Part shown: positions 1-11,700 of the stretch, in pieces
Layout of the letters: each line of letters starts with the position of its first letter
Position numbering within the stretch: the first letter of the stretch is position 1
Origin: Octopus sinensis
Lineage: Eukaryota
Assembly (NCBI RefSeq): GCF_006345805.1
Contig: NW_021825323.1
Span: 310,001-374,000, forward strand
Direction: 5' to 3'
DNA length: 64,000 bases
Notes under the pieces: generated by a model
What the model was told of the DNA's origin: nothing
The model's input: the letters and a program-made list of their open reading frames with translations, nothing else
Database searches by the model: none
Position numbers and translations under genes: made by a program

Positions 1-232
1 GAGCTGCCGAGCTAGTATGCAGATATAATATGGGAAAATCCTTCCGTAAATCGGTCATCTTTGCTGTTTCTTTAATTGCATTGTGGGCTAATTCAATTGC
101 TTCACTCCGGGTTGTAAGTATTAGAGAGTAATTGGAAATCATTATAAAAGAAAATACTGCATGTTTATCCAATTTTAGTGCCGTGCTTTTCTGGACCCAA
201 TTGTCGCAACTTAACTTGTATAGTTTACAATA

Positions 233-1748
233 CAGTACCGCTCAAATGTTTCGGACCACCCTATTTTTCTCAATTTCCAAGTCAATCCTAAATTATTTTT
301 ATACGGTTCTTTAGAGAAACTTATTAGATAAGCTTAAATACATTTATTCTATTCTAAATTTTTCTTTAAATATTTTTGTTTGGCGCCAATTGAATATAAT
401 TGATTTTTGACTCGATCATATGTTCCGGACCAGTTGCAATCATATGTTTCGAACCAGTTAAATCTCTTTAAATTTAAATAATTTTTGATTCAATTAAAAA
501 CAAAAGACTAATAAATAACAAATGCCGCGTGTTTCACTGGTTGATCGGGTCGCTATCATCACTTTTTTTAAAGATGGAGCTTCACAAAGAGAAATTGCCG
601 AAAAATTAAAAATATCCAAAACTGCTGTTCAAAGAACAATTTCCAGATATTCATCCGTTGGACTATATTCCGACAGACCCAAATCTGGTCGACCGAGATT
701 GTTATCCCCAAGATCTGAACGCAAATTAGTGAGAATTTCGAAAGCAGACCCCACAAAAACGGCAAATTAAATTTGATATGAAATTAAATTCTATTGTAAG
801 CACAAATACAATTAAAAGATGCCTACAAAGAAATAATTTGAATGGGCGAAAGCAATGCCCAAAACCAAGTCTTTCCATATGCCATAAAAAGGCTAGAAAA
901 AATTGGTGCATTGAGAAATTAACTTGGAGCCAAAATGATTGGGGTAAAATTATTTTTAGTGATGAATGCAAAATAAATTTGCATTCAAACACAAAAAATT
1001 ATGTTAGAAGGCCACCAAACTCTAGATTTGACTCAAAATATTGTTTAAAAACACGAAAATTTTCTCCTAGCATTATGGTCTGGGGAGCTATTGCTGCAAA
1101 TGGATGGAGAAACATTGTCTTATGCATTAAAAATGTTGATTCCGCAGAGTATCAGAGAATTATAAATGTTGGACTCGAAAATTTTTATGATGAGACCATG
1201 TATCTCCAGCAAGACGGCGCTCCTTCCCATCGGTCCATGTCGACAATGAATTTTTTTCAAAGGAAACAAATAAAAATCTTAGAAACTTGGCCGAGCCAGT
1301 CACCCGAACTGAATATTATTGAAAATATGTGGTCGGTACTAAAACAAAAACTTTATGATCTGGAACCAAAAGATCTTCCAGAGCTCTGGAATTTGACCAA
1401 AAAAATTTGGTACGAGATTGATAATTCGTACATTGAAAAATTATACAATTCACTTCCAGAGCGAATAAATGCTGTTATAACGAACAACGGAGGAAATATT
1501 AATTATTAACTTTTTATAAGTTTAATAAATTTTCGGTTTTTTTTAAACTGGTCCGGAACATATGATCGAGTATAAAATCGATAATTTTAAAATTGCGCCA
1601 AACATGAATATCTGTCCAAGTTTTTAAAATAGAATAAATGTGTTTAAGCTTATCTAATAAGTTTCTCTAAAGAACCGTATAAAAATAATTTAGGATTGAC
1701 TTGGAAATTGAGAAAAATAGGGTGGTCCGAAACATTTGAGCGGTACTG
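233..1748 (+). mobile_element. Tc1/mariner DNA transposon with long (~200 bp) TIRs and TA target duplication
   Basis: TA|CAGTACCGCTCAAATGTTTCGGACCACCC at 233 and the inverse GGGTGGTCCGAAACATTTGAGCGGTACTG|TA at 1748. Inverted similarity continues inward to CTCGATCATATGTTCCGGACCAGTT (~411-435 vs ~1546-1570). Confidence 0.97.
522..1509 (+). pseudogene. Tc1-family transposase with one frameshift near 770; catalytic spacing DD35E
   Basis: ORF 522-770 has a paired-like HTH and GRPR. ORF 778-1509 has FSDE, QQDGAPSH and WPSQSPELNIIE, with 35 residues between the second D and the E. Confidence 0.93.
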
Positions 1749-2171
1749 TAGTGTAGAAATCTATTTCAAACATAAAGATTCCTCCATTGTATACACATAC
1801 AAGAATTACGGTCAAAAAATATAACAAGAAATCAAATATACCGATAATTGTTCTGGGAGTATAAAATTTGATAATATTCCGTTTATGAAATTATTCAACA
1901 TCACTGGGTTTACATTACAAGACAGTCTAGAAAACAAATAAATTCAAAAAATACGAAAAATAACGAGAAATTTCTTGTTCCGGGAAATAAAAAAACATTT
2001 ATGTTCTTAGAAAAACCAATGATGGCATTATTGGTAATCTGAGAAATTTTGTTGTTATAATCATTATCTGATATTTTAATACAAAAAATTCATCATAGTG
2101 TTCTTTGGGAGTATTCGGTTACTCTTGTATCTGAAGCAACAGAAACTCTTTCCAAATAAGGAATTGTTACT

Positions 2172-2957
2172 ACAGTTCTCGATCGCCGTTATCCGGGGGA
2201 ACAGTTTGGCGATCTGCCAGGCTGCTGGCTTTCCCTTCGATTAATCTTTTATCACTTTTCCTATAAAAACAAATCAATTTTTGTTGTGAAACATGTAGGA
2301 TTCTAAAACAAAATTAAGAAATTCTAAGCCACCATATGAAACATTTTATCAACTGACACGTTCAATATTCATAAATATCACTTTAATCACGCTGAAAGGT
2401 TGTGGATAAAGCTTCAAAGATGACAGTCTCAAATTTCAGTATGGTTATGAGAAATGAGATCAATGAAAAATTGAAAATAACTCTCTTTCAAGAAACAAAA
2501 CATTTCTTATTATTAAAATCAAGATCACCGTCCAAAACATAGAACTAATTAATCAGATGATCCCGGCTTCTCTGAGGAGGGTCCTCATCTTTGCTCGGTG
2601 CTGCTCCCTAGTCCCGACACAATTTCTATGAGGGCACGGTGGTGGAGTTTTAGGGCCTGTAGGCCCATGGTTCCTTCCCAGGATTTCTTTAAATGAGGCG
2701 ATAGATAAATGTTATTCGGTCCTTGTAGTCCTTTCCGAAATCTTTCTTGAGTTTTTTCGATTTTACATCGGTTTTTAATACCATTACTGTTTGAAAGCAT
2801 CACAATTCCAGTTTGATCGGTTAATAAAAAAATAATTTTTTTCCGCAAAGAGGATTAATCCGATGAATAATTAATTATTCTTTTAGCAGAAGGAAGGGCC
2901 AGCGCCCTGACGGATCGCCAAACTGTTCTCCCTGAGAACGGCGATCGAGAACCGCTG
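2172..2957. repeat. Degenerate ~75-bp inverted repeat pair, possibly an old hAT-like MITE; partial third copy at ~30472-30510
   Basis: GTTCTCGATCGCCGTT...GCTGGCTTTCCCTTCGATTAATC (2175-2245) is the approximate reverse complement of 2888-2957, which ends GAGAACCGCTG. No TSD found. Confidence 0.5.
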
Positions 2958-3299
2958 AAAAGCCAGTCCACCTCCCGAGTACGCATTATTTTTGAGATAT
3001 TTTTGGATTTTACTCCTCTAATCTGCTTCTTTCACTTTTGAAATTTTGTGATTTGATTTTTTTAATATGCACTTTTTAAATCTTTTTTTGAAATTTAACT
3101 TAGTTGATGGATTATGAGATAATATGCGAAAATCGGTCAGTCCGTGCTGTGGGGATTCCCCAGGGCATATTCGTTGCATAAGATTTGTGTTTGAACGTGA
3201 CCATTTTAAACTTTATCCAAAATCAGAACAAGAAAAAGTCCCAAACTTTTATTACTTATTTTTGTTTTAGTTAAATTTAGTCCCGTACGTACAGTGACA

Positions 3300-4540
3300 T
3301 CATTACCTCGATGGCACGCCTCATTTTAAAACGACACTTTGGAATCTCCCGAGTACTTGCAGCTCGTACACAGGGCAGAAATTTGGCAGTGGAGAGCTTA
3401 TGTGTTTCAGATCACACATGTATAAAGTACGGTGAGAAAATGCTTAAACTGTTGGACAATATTAACTCGAAGTGTCTCCCGGACTATTATGGAAGCATGT
3501 TTCGATCATAGTAAAGAAGGCTGCTGGGATTGTAATGGGAAATCGTTTAAGGAGAGTCAAGAGGACTTTTGACAAAGAAATATACAAATTGACAAAAGAA
3601 CAAAGGAAACTCCCTCTCCTAATTGAATCGACAAACTCGACCCGCCATACTGAATCTTTTCAAAAGAACGCAACAAAATTAAATATAAAATAAAGAAAAG
3701 AGTAAAAGAACTGGCTTGGCTTACACTGGATAACTTGGCAAAAAACGTCGAACGATACAAACATGTGCAAAAATGTTCGCAGCAGTTAAAAAATATTCCG
3801 CAATACCAGACCGGAAGAATCGTAATTTTTGATGATGCGCAAAGGCTATAATCTATCTGGAGGCAGCTCTAAGACCTCTTTGGAAAAATAAATGTTTTAC
3901 CAATGTGATAGAAGTAATTTACGTCGACGACATATATTTAGCCTGCCGAAGCCAGAATTCACTCGAAAACTTACTAAAAGTAATCCCTCATTTGCTGGAT
4001 GAATGGTCTTTGGTTGTAAACTCAGGAAAAACAGAGAAAACAACTATATCCTCTCCCGCAACGAAAAACGTGGAGAAGTAGTGAACTTGTAAGAAAGTTG
4101 GATTTCTCTTTGGGGATTCGGACGACGTTACTCGAAGGAAAGTGCTGACTGTTGTTTCTTTCAAAAAAATATTGACGATCTGGATGAGGCGCAAGTACAT
4201 ACTATTCGACGTTCAACCAATCCTACTTTACAACGCAGGAACCTGAGGTCTATTCGCTAAAAAACTGGAACAGCTCAACTCGTTCCATAGACGACAATTA
4301 AAACAACTACAAGAGTTTGATGGCCGAAAAGATGAGCAACGAAGAACTGTACAGAATTACTCATGCATCCCAAATTGAAAATAAAGTGATAACCATAAAA
4401 CGGCAGCTCTTTGTGACATCGCAAATGACTTCGGCTAATCAAGCCATGGTATCTTACTTCTGCTTATCAAACAATACAACATATCGGGGCCGACAAAGAA
4501 CAACATTACCGACCACGATGGACCATGAACACAGTTAAGC
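3300..4540 (+). pseudogene. Degraded RTE-clade non-LTR retrotransposon ORF2
   Basis: EVIYVDDIYL (YVDD at 3920), LVVNSGKTE, LFGDSDDVTRRK and QPILLYNAGT with stops; parallels the 11690-13300 element. Confidence 0.8.
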
Positions 4541-5269
4541 CTTGTAAGTAAGCTCTCATATCTTTAAGACTAAAAGGTCTCTATTATAGTCATTACATTT
4601 GATAGAGTTGTTTCTATATTTTCAAAAATTAAGCTGATAAACTATCTATAAAAAGGAACGAGAACTCTGAATCAAAACATCTGCTAAATAGGGTCGTTCT
4701 TACACGTCTCGGGGCTAAAAGAAAGGACACAATAGAAGTAATGTAGGACCATAAAAACTCTCCACAGAGTTCCAAGGGATTCTGTCGCATCACTCCACGT
4801 AATGCTTATGGATCACTACTGTACAAACTCAAATTCGTTTGTTGTTCCAACGATTATAGATTAGTCAAATTCTCCCAACCAGGCTTTCTGCTTGAATGAC
4901 GGAAAGTTGAGCAGTTAATACAGATTAACTTCAATGCGACAATTCTTACGTCCACGATTCATTCATGCTCAAGATATCTCTTTGTTTTCATTAAATATTA
5001 ATCACTTAAATTCCACACAGTTAGAAAGCATTTTAAGTGTTACAATACCTCTTTCTCATCGTAAAAATAATTTACAATTTAATGGATCTAGATTTTCATA
5101 TCAATAATAATTTTATAGAAATACATACTCCAATTATTTTAAATCATTGTTTAATTCGGATTTATTGAGTACTTGTCTCATTAGTTTTCTTTAATTGTTG
5201 TGCGGCTGTAACGACGCTAGGAAGCCCGGAAATCCATACATGTTTGGAGTCCGTATGTAATGAGATGTG

Positions 5270-5400
5270 TCTATTGAATTGCAGTTTTCGCTGCCGAGGC
5301 CAGAATTCACTTGAAAACTTACTAAGAGTAATCCCTCGTTCGCTGGATGAATGATCTTTGGTTGTAAACCCAGGTAAAACAGAGAAAACAACTATATCCG
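5270..5400 (+). pseudogene. Short second fragment of the same RTE relic
   Basis: Near-identical to 3945-4050 (GCCAGAATTCAC...GAGAAAACAACTATATCC). Confidence 0.7.
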
Positions 5401-5419
5401 TCACTGAGATGGCGTCATT

Positions 5420-6010
5420 CGTCACTCTGTATTGTCACTCGTGAAACCAAATCGGAGCTTCTTGCTTCCCTGGGACGTCAAATCTGTTCGTCTTATCGGA
5501 AAGAAAAGTAAATAACCGAACCATTAAATATCCATTTGTCGCCATTATTTGAATCGTTAAATTTTATAACATCTATAAGGTCTGCTTGGAATCGTTTATT
5601 TGGTCTTTTGGCAATCACATGGAATTTAGAATCAGAAACCTGCTATTAATTTTTTAATTTTATACTTTAAGTGGAATAGAAAACTTGCAAATTGAGCATT
5701 TTGACAACTCGTTCTATAATTTTCCGCTTTATTGTAAAATAAGAATGTAAACATTTCTGTTGCAGTTTACGAATTTCGAATAGCTATTCCGATGAATAGA
5801 ATCTGCAATAGTTTGCATTTCAATTTCATTATCCGTGCAAATAACTAGTTTGTGCTTTTGAAATCTTTCGTCTTTGAGGTATAAGCGGTCATTGATAACA
5901 ATAAATTTGGTGGATTTTTTTTGTTAATTTATATTTTAACTGCCTTGAGAATGTCTGTAAAGGTTCGCCACTTAAGAAACTCACTTTAGATTGATATTCT
6001 ACGATATTTT
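5420..6010 (-). pseudogene. Ginger-like integrase relic (Zn-binding region plus start of the catalytic core)
   Basis: Minus strand reads FIVINDRLYLKDERFQKHKLVICTDNEIEMQTIADSIH and VIAKRPNKRFQADLIDV; homologous to the coding remnant inside 15503-16524. Confidence 0.7.
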
Positions 6011-6025
6011 TCACAAAACCTATTA

Positions 6026-6538
6026 CAGTCTAACCTCTTTTTGGGGCACCTAGTGCCCCAAAAACAGGGGTTTCCCCAGATAGAGGGGTTTTCTAATATT
6101 AACGAAAAAAACTAACGTTTTGTTAATTTAAAACCAAAAGATGTTTATTCTTAATTTCATTTAAAAATTTTAATCTTTACTTGTCGGGAAATGATCCGTT
6201 ATTTTCGCTCCGAATTGGTACTTTTGAATTAATCGATCCATTGTCAAATTAATCGATCCAAAACGACCTTGTCGAGAAATGAATGTTTATCACTATTATC
6301 GGGTTCTCTGAAGCCTCAGAACCTTCACATCCATCAAAATTACATCCATCAAAACAACAGAAACACGTTATTATTAGTTATTCAAAAATTATAACTAAAA
6401 AATATATAAAATATAAATGCCCCATAACGGGGTTTATCTTATAAAGAATAAACAGAAAAACTCCTAATAGAAATTCAAATTGCCCCAAAACCCGAGGGTG
6501 CCCCACGTCCGGGGTCGCCCCAATAAGGGGTTGCACTG
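6026..6538. mobile_element. pogo/Tigger-type MITE, TA-flanked
   Basis: TA|CAGTCTAACCTCTTTTTGGGGC ... GCCCCAATAAGGGGTTGCACTG|TA imperfect TIRs; no coding capacity; related fragment at ~45950-46100. Confidence 0.8.
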
Positions 6539-6621
6539 TATTTATATATAGGGAGAAAGATTTTAAAGAGGACATGTTTAAAATTAAGAAACGAAATTGA
6601 ACGTAAAATTTTTATTTTAAA

Positions 6622-6910
6622 AAGGCTGTTAGTAGAGGGTATATTAAGACCTTCGGCATTCCTGCCTTTTCAGTCCCGCACACACGCTCGCCTCTCAGCC
6701 TCTCTCAGTCCGCTGGGTATCAGCCAAACGCATCGAGTCGGTCTGGACAAAAGGGCCACCCACGAGTTCGTCCAAAACCGATGTGTGCATTCAGACATCG
6801 CCGGATCCCGGTCCCGACAACAATCCGAAGTCAAATACTGACGATCATGCGATGAAGACCAATCTGTGCGCAAAAATAACGACCCTTCTCTTGGAGAGAA
6901 AGCGCTTGAG
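6622..6910 (-). mobile_element. GC-rich retroelement 3' end sharing its terminal motif with the LINE copies at 22.8 kb and 26.6 kb
   Basis: Minus strand GAGGCGAGCGTGTGTGCGGGACTGAAAAGGCAGGAATGCCGAAGGTCT...CCCTCTACTAACAGCCT matches 22817-22888. Confidence 0.7.
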
Positions 6911-7072
6911 AAATAAACTCAGACGCTGATTTTAAAATATATTTGAAGAAAAAATTAAATCATTCTTTGTATGAATGAAGTAAGTTGAAGATTCACCAAT
7001 ATTTATGTCGAGGGGTGTATAATACTACAAATTGGATAATAGTATTTTTTAAATATTAATTAATTTATTAAA

Positions 7073-7635
7073 ATGTTTTTTAATGTTTTTAGGTGGTGTT
7101 CCAAGTTTTTTTCTGATAACCGAACTTTACTCTTTGTACGGTAAACAGTAATTTAATAATTATGTATATTAGTAATAGTCGGAATCTTTCAAATCAAAAA
7201 TGCCAACTTTCAACTAAATCTGGCATTCAAGAACCAACAGAAAACAATTTTCCAAAATTTGATCTAGTTAACGACCCTAACGACATAAAAGTATACATAT
7301 ATGAACTACAAAGGACAGAACTATATACCCTATGGACATGATTTGTCGGACTACGACAGGGATGCGTTTATTCACCGTGTTAATATGACTCTTTTATTCA
7401 CATTCGTGACTTTGGTCTTACTGTGCAAATTATACGAACCTGATAGAAAGTGAGTGGTTTTGTTTGATTTGTCTTCAGTTTAAAAGATTGGGCTAAACGA
7501 GAGGCCTTTTTAGAGATTGATTATTGTGAGAGGAATGGACTCCCCTTTGTAGATCCAAATCTTATTTCACCAAGTCGTGTTGAACTGCCTACGGAGGATG
7601 AGTTAAAGTGTTACGGATTCGAACCTCATCTTTAA
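7073..7635 (+). CDS. NDUFB11: NADH:ubiquinone oxidoreductase subunit B11 (ESSS), 4 exons
   Basis: Spliced product MFFNVFRW...NYIPYGHDL...(TM)...EPDRNLKDWAKREAFLEIDYCERNGLPFVDPNLISPSRVELPTEDEL. GT-AG introns of 32 nt (7141-7172), 28 nt and 29 nt (7450-7478). Confidence 0.88.
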
Positions 7636-8039
7636 ATTTACAGTTTTAATACTAATGTGATAACTAAATTATTATTGTGACGAGAAATAGAATAGAAAGA
7701 AATAAAAATAAATGACTTAAGCGAAAAAAATATTTGAAAGATGGTTCAGTTTTTTGTCACTTTCATCTTATGGAATTAAAGATGACTCTCAAATGTGACC
7801 AGATAACTATTGGATTCTACACGATTTACATGGATAGCCCAACCTAACCTGTTCAACCACTTCTAGGTCCCTCGTTTCTGAAACCAGGGGTTTTGTAAAA
7901 AACACGCATATTCTTCGGTGTCTAAGTCAGCGGTGCTCAACATTTTGGTGATGAGAGGCAAATTAATAATCTATTGTTTCGTGCAGAATCGACAAATAAG
8001 TGGAGATTACGCGCAGCTCTTATTCGAAAGCACGCGTCA

Positions 8040-8345
8040 TCATTAATGCTGTTGAAGGCTTTTGTAAGGTCAAATCTTAGGATTTACTGACTTTTGAGTA
8101 TTTTTGGCATATTGGTGTAAGCCATCTATGGCTCCACATGATATCTGAGGTAGATTTTCAGCTTCTAAATCCATTTTGACTTTTTGAAAAGTATTTTTCC
8201 TCAGGCTTTCATATACGGTTAAGCACTATAATCGTAAAGGTTTTCCTGATGATTGACAGTAGAATAATTGGCCTTAGTTCATCTAGTGATCCTTCTATTT
8301 TCCCAGGTTTGTGTATTGGGATTAAGAATCTGTCCTAATCGAAGA
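8040..8345 (-). pseudogene. RTE-clade reverse transcriptase relic
   Basis: Minus strand LIPIHKPGKIEGSLDELRPIILLS...SQNGFRS...SDIMWSHRW...DLTKAFNSIN. Confidence 0.8.
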
Positions 8346-9968
8346 GAACGGTGAAGCTCAATTGACTTGTTTAATAGACTGTTAAAATCGCTTTTATATC
8401 TAAAAGAATTATCTGATGTGTAAGATATGTTTCAATATTCTGTACTTAAATTCAGAAAAATGGGTCGTATTTTTGATTAGAGTAATGGCTTTTATAACAA
8501 TGCGATCTACTAGAGAAAAAACATTCGTTAAATAAAAAAAATTAATTCCGAAGGCCCGAAAAGCTACATTAATAAGCGTTTGATTGCAGGAGGGGCTTTT
8601 ATTTTTTTAAGTAGGTTTAGCTAGTTGATTAAAGCAACTTTCGCTCACGTGTTCGATATTAATACATAACTTCTTAACTTTTTTGAGTTTGCCCCTTTGC
8701 CTTCGGAACCTCAGGAATCTTCTGCAAAGCAGCGACTCAACTTTTTAGTGACATTATTAGAAGAATCTCCTCGAAAAAAAACGACCGGAGGGAGACGAGC
8801 TAAGTCTTTTACAGAATCTCGGTCGTCGTGCTCAGCGAAAACTGCAATTCAATACATAAGACGGCATCGTTGAACTGACCTTTGGCTCTCGACTACCCTT
8901 TCAGGCACTTATCCTACCTATCATTTAACTTTGTTTCTTAATATCAGAAAATTTTTATTTAAAAAAAGTTGAAATCAATTAAGAACAAAATTGGAAATTA
9001 AGTTTGATAGCTTCTGGAATTTTGGGCTATCAGATTCTTGAATCATCAGTACTGGACAATTTCTAGCTGGTTGAACAACCCCCTCAAAAGGCTAAGAAAT
9101 ATATGAAAAAATAACGTCAAAGGAAGGAATAAAACAAAACGGGATATTCATTTCTTCGCAGACAACAATAATATGACAGTAATCGTCAATAGGCGTGTAA
9201 GTTCCAGAAATCACGACGATTCTAAAATATGTTATTTGACAGAAAACCCTTTGATACTTTTTGTTAATATTGCCTTAATTGCTTTTTTTGTTCCAGATAT
9301 TAGATTTTTAGATTCGTAACCTGTTAAATAATTAGTATTTATCAACTTCCAATTATTAATTTGACTACACGCTTTGCATATTTCTCATTTATAAGAGGCT
9401 GGGCTATTTCTGAAACATGTTGACACTGCTCTTCGTAGGTTAATTTACTAATTTCTTGGTCCACATCAACCATATATGATTAGAAATGTGCAGGGTTTTT
9501 TAAATTTATTAATTTTAAATATAATATACATTAAAATAGAACCAACGGTATTTAAAGAATATTTCATTAAAAATTCAACAAGTGAATTCACTCAGGAATC
9601 TTCTGCAAATTGCAGGTCCAGGTCCGCACAAAAGCGAATCTTGATCCACCCAAAATATGTAGATAGGCTGGCACGGGTAAAACCGTCACCAATGAAACTT
9701 AAATTGATATGATATATTAAAGATTTGTGGATGAGTTTGTAAATTCTGGATGAGGAATCAACAGCACCAAAACATGGGGAAGAACAAAGGATATAAATAA
9801 ATTTCGGAACAAAAAAGAAATTCCTCACAAAGAAAAACGCCAGATAGGAGTCAAACCCACTAATCAGATCAGTAACCAGCTTAATTTCGTCCCATTTAAA
9901 CGATAAGGCTTTTAACTATACGATGGTCGGGAATTGACAAGCCCAAGATAACTATACCATTTCCCATA

Positions 9969-10094
9969 CTAAATGGGATTAACACCAAACTAAATGGAAT
10001 CAATAACAAACCAAGTGGCATTAGCAAAGAACCAATTTCGACTAACAATAAACTAATTGGGATTAACAACAAACTAAATTGGATCAATGAAAGA
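9969..10094 (+). repeat. Degenerate 21-bp tandem repeat, 6 units
   Basis: Units such as CTAAATGGGATTAACACCAAA and CTAAATGGAATCAATAACAAA; plus frame LNGINTK LNGINNK PSGISKE PISTNNK LIGINNK LNWINER. Confidence 0.7.
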
Positions 10095-10439
10095 TTAGGT
10101 TTATCATGAATATTATATTTGATCCAGAGAATAAAAATTCCACGTAATTCATTGGAAGAAAAAAAGCAAATCCATAGAAACAAATTTCACCTGCAGATTC
10201 AGGTAGGGATTAGGAAAAAACGGTAATCGAACTCAATATTTCGAGAACAACAGCATATCGTTGGATAAAGGATGAAGTTAAACCTGACACGCGAGATGGA
10301 AATTAAGTCCTCATTAACACTTATAATCATCTTTATCCACATCGTTCGAGGCACATGGTCTCAGTATGCAGCATTAAGAACTAATTGACGTCAAACATAA
10401 AAAGAGACCCATGCGACCAGCCCTTCCTCTGTCGGTATA

Positions 10440-11200
10440 ATGATTGACAAACAGATCGGATCTGTTTGCATATCAAAATCTACAGTCATTGGCACTCTGT
10501 TCGTCGATGTATCCAGGAACACAGCGTCCGTCTGTACTCTGACATCAAAGACCTTCATAACAATCTTTTTCTTAACAATTTCTTTCGAAATTTCTCTTTT
10601 TGCAAGTTTCTCATTAAAAACAATTTCGTTGAGTGCATTCCTTTTTGGATATTCATTATTTGTGATGTCCTTAGAACCTCAAAGAGTATTCAGTTTTAAT
10701 TTTTCTGTTTACAATCCTGCTCCAGCCATCAGATAGTGTTACAGAACTCCCGAAGCAGTCTTTGATTGTTGAATTATCCCGATTTTTCTCTCCTGTAACT
10801 GGGCAACCTCCACAGTTGGCTCTATGCGTCGACAGGCCACAATTGATACACTGGAGCTTTACTTTCGTTCCAGATGGACATTTTTCCGATTTATGCATAC
10901 CCCGCATAGGAAGCAGCGCAAGAATCCTTGCAAAAAGATGCAATGTGACCAAAATTTTGACAGCGAAAACACTTCACTTGTGGGTTTTTGAACAATTCAA
11001 ATTTCATTTTTGTAAAACCAATTATTATTCCTAAAGTTATTGGTCTATGTTTCAACATTGTCGGCAAGAATAAGTTTTCCGAGGGTTAAAGGCTCCCCGT
11101 TTTCCAGTACGAAACTTTTGAAAATTACATTCGACAGAAGCTTTCACGATATTGTTAACTACAAAAGATTAGTGAATTAATTCGCTATATATTGTCAAAT
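10440..11200 (-). pseudogene. LINE ORF1 (gag-like) relic with three CCHC zinc knuckles, Jockey/I-like
   Basis: KCFRCQNFGHIASFC, RCFLCG..HKSEKC and CINCGLSTHRANCGGCP across frameshifts. Confidence 0.85.
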
Positions 11201-11421
11201 ATAATAAATGAATGTATCAGAGAGAAATTCGACTTTGCCATTCAATATATCTGGGAATATTAAACTTTAATTTAAGTTTCGTTTATTAGGTAACTCATAT
11301 GTGACTTGTTGATCAGACTATCACAATTGACAGCTTTTGGTTTGCTTTCTTACTGGGGTGCAACTCCTGGGGTTCCTAAATACTTAAGATTAAGTTATAA
11401 TCACTAATCACAAACGATCAC

Positions 11422-11700
11422 GTGAATCTCTTATATGTGGAGGCTCTGAAAGCTGAATGGATGAAGTATGAGCTGGAAGATTCAGATTTCAACGAAATTG
11501 CCTATTTTATTGGTTCAAATTTGAAAAAAATTGGAGTGAACGGGCCTGGATATTATCTCGTTGATACAAATAATAAGGATGAAGGAAAATACATAATGTA
11601 TAGATTTTTGGGTAAATATGAATACCCGATGGGATTCGTAGAAACAACTTGCACCAAACATTTATTGCCTTTTAGTATTATTATTATTAAAAGCATTCCC
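11422..11700 (+). other. Unassigned open frame (~95 aa, no ATG start) abutting the RTE insertion
   Basis: Protein-like composition (EWMKYELEDSDFNEIAYFIGSNLKKIGVNGPGYYLVD); no family recognised. Confidence 0.25.

Noticed and set aside
8700-9720. Shared CAGGAATCTTCTGCAAA and CAGCGAAAACTGCAATTCAATA snippets (8710, 8835, 9595, 5275)
   Set aside because: Probably very old RTE debris; too degraded to delimit or call as features.
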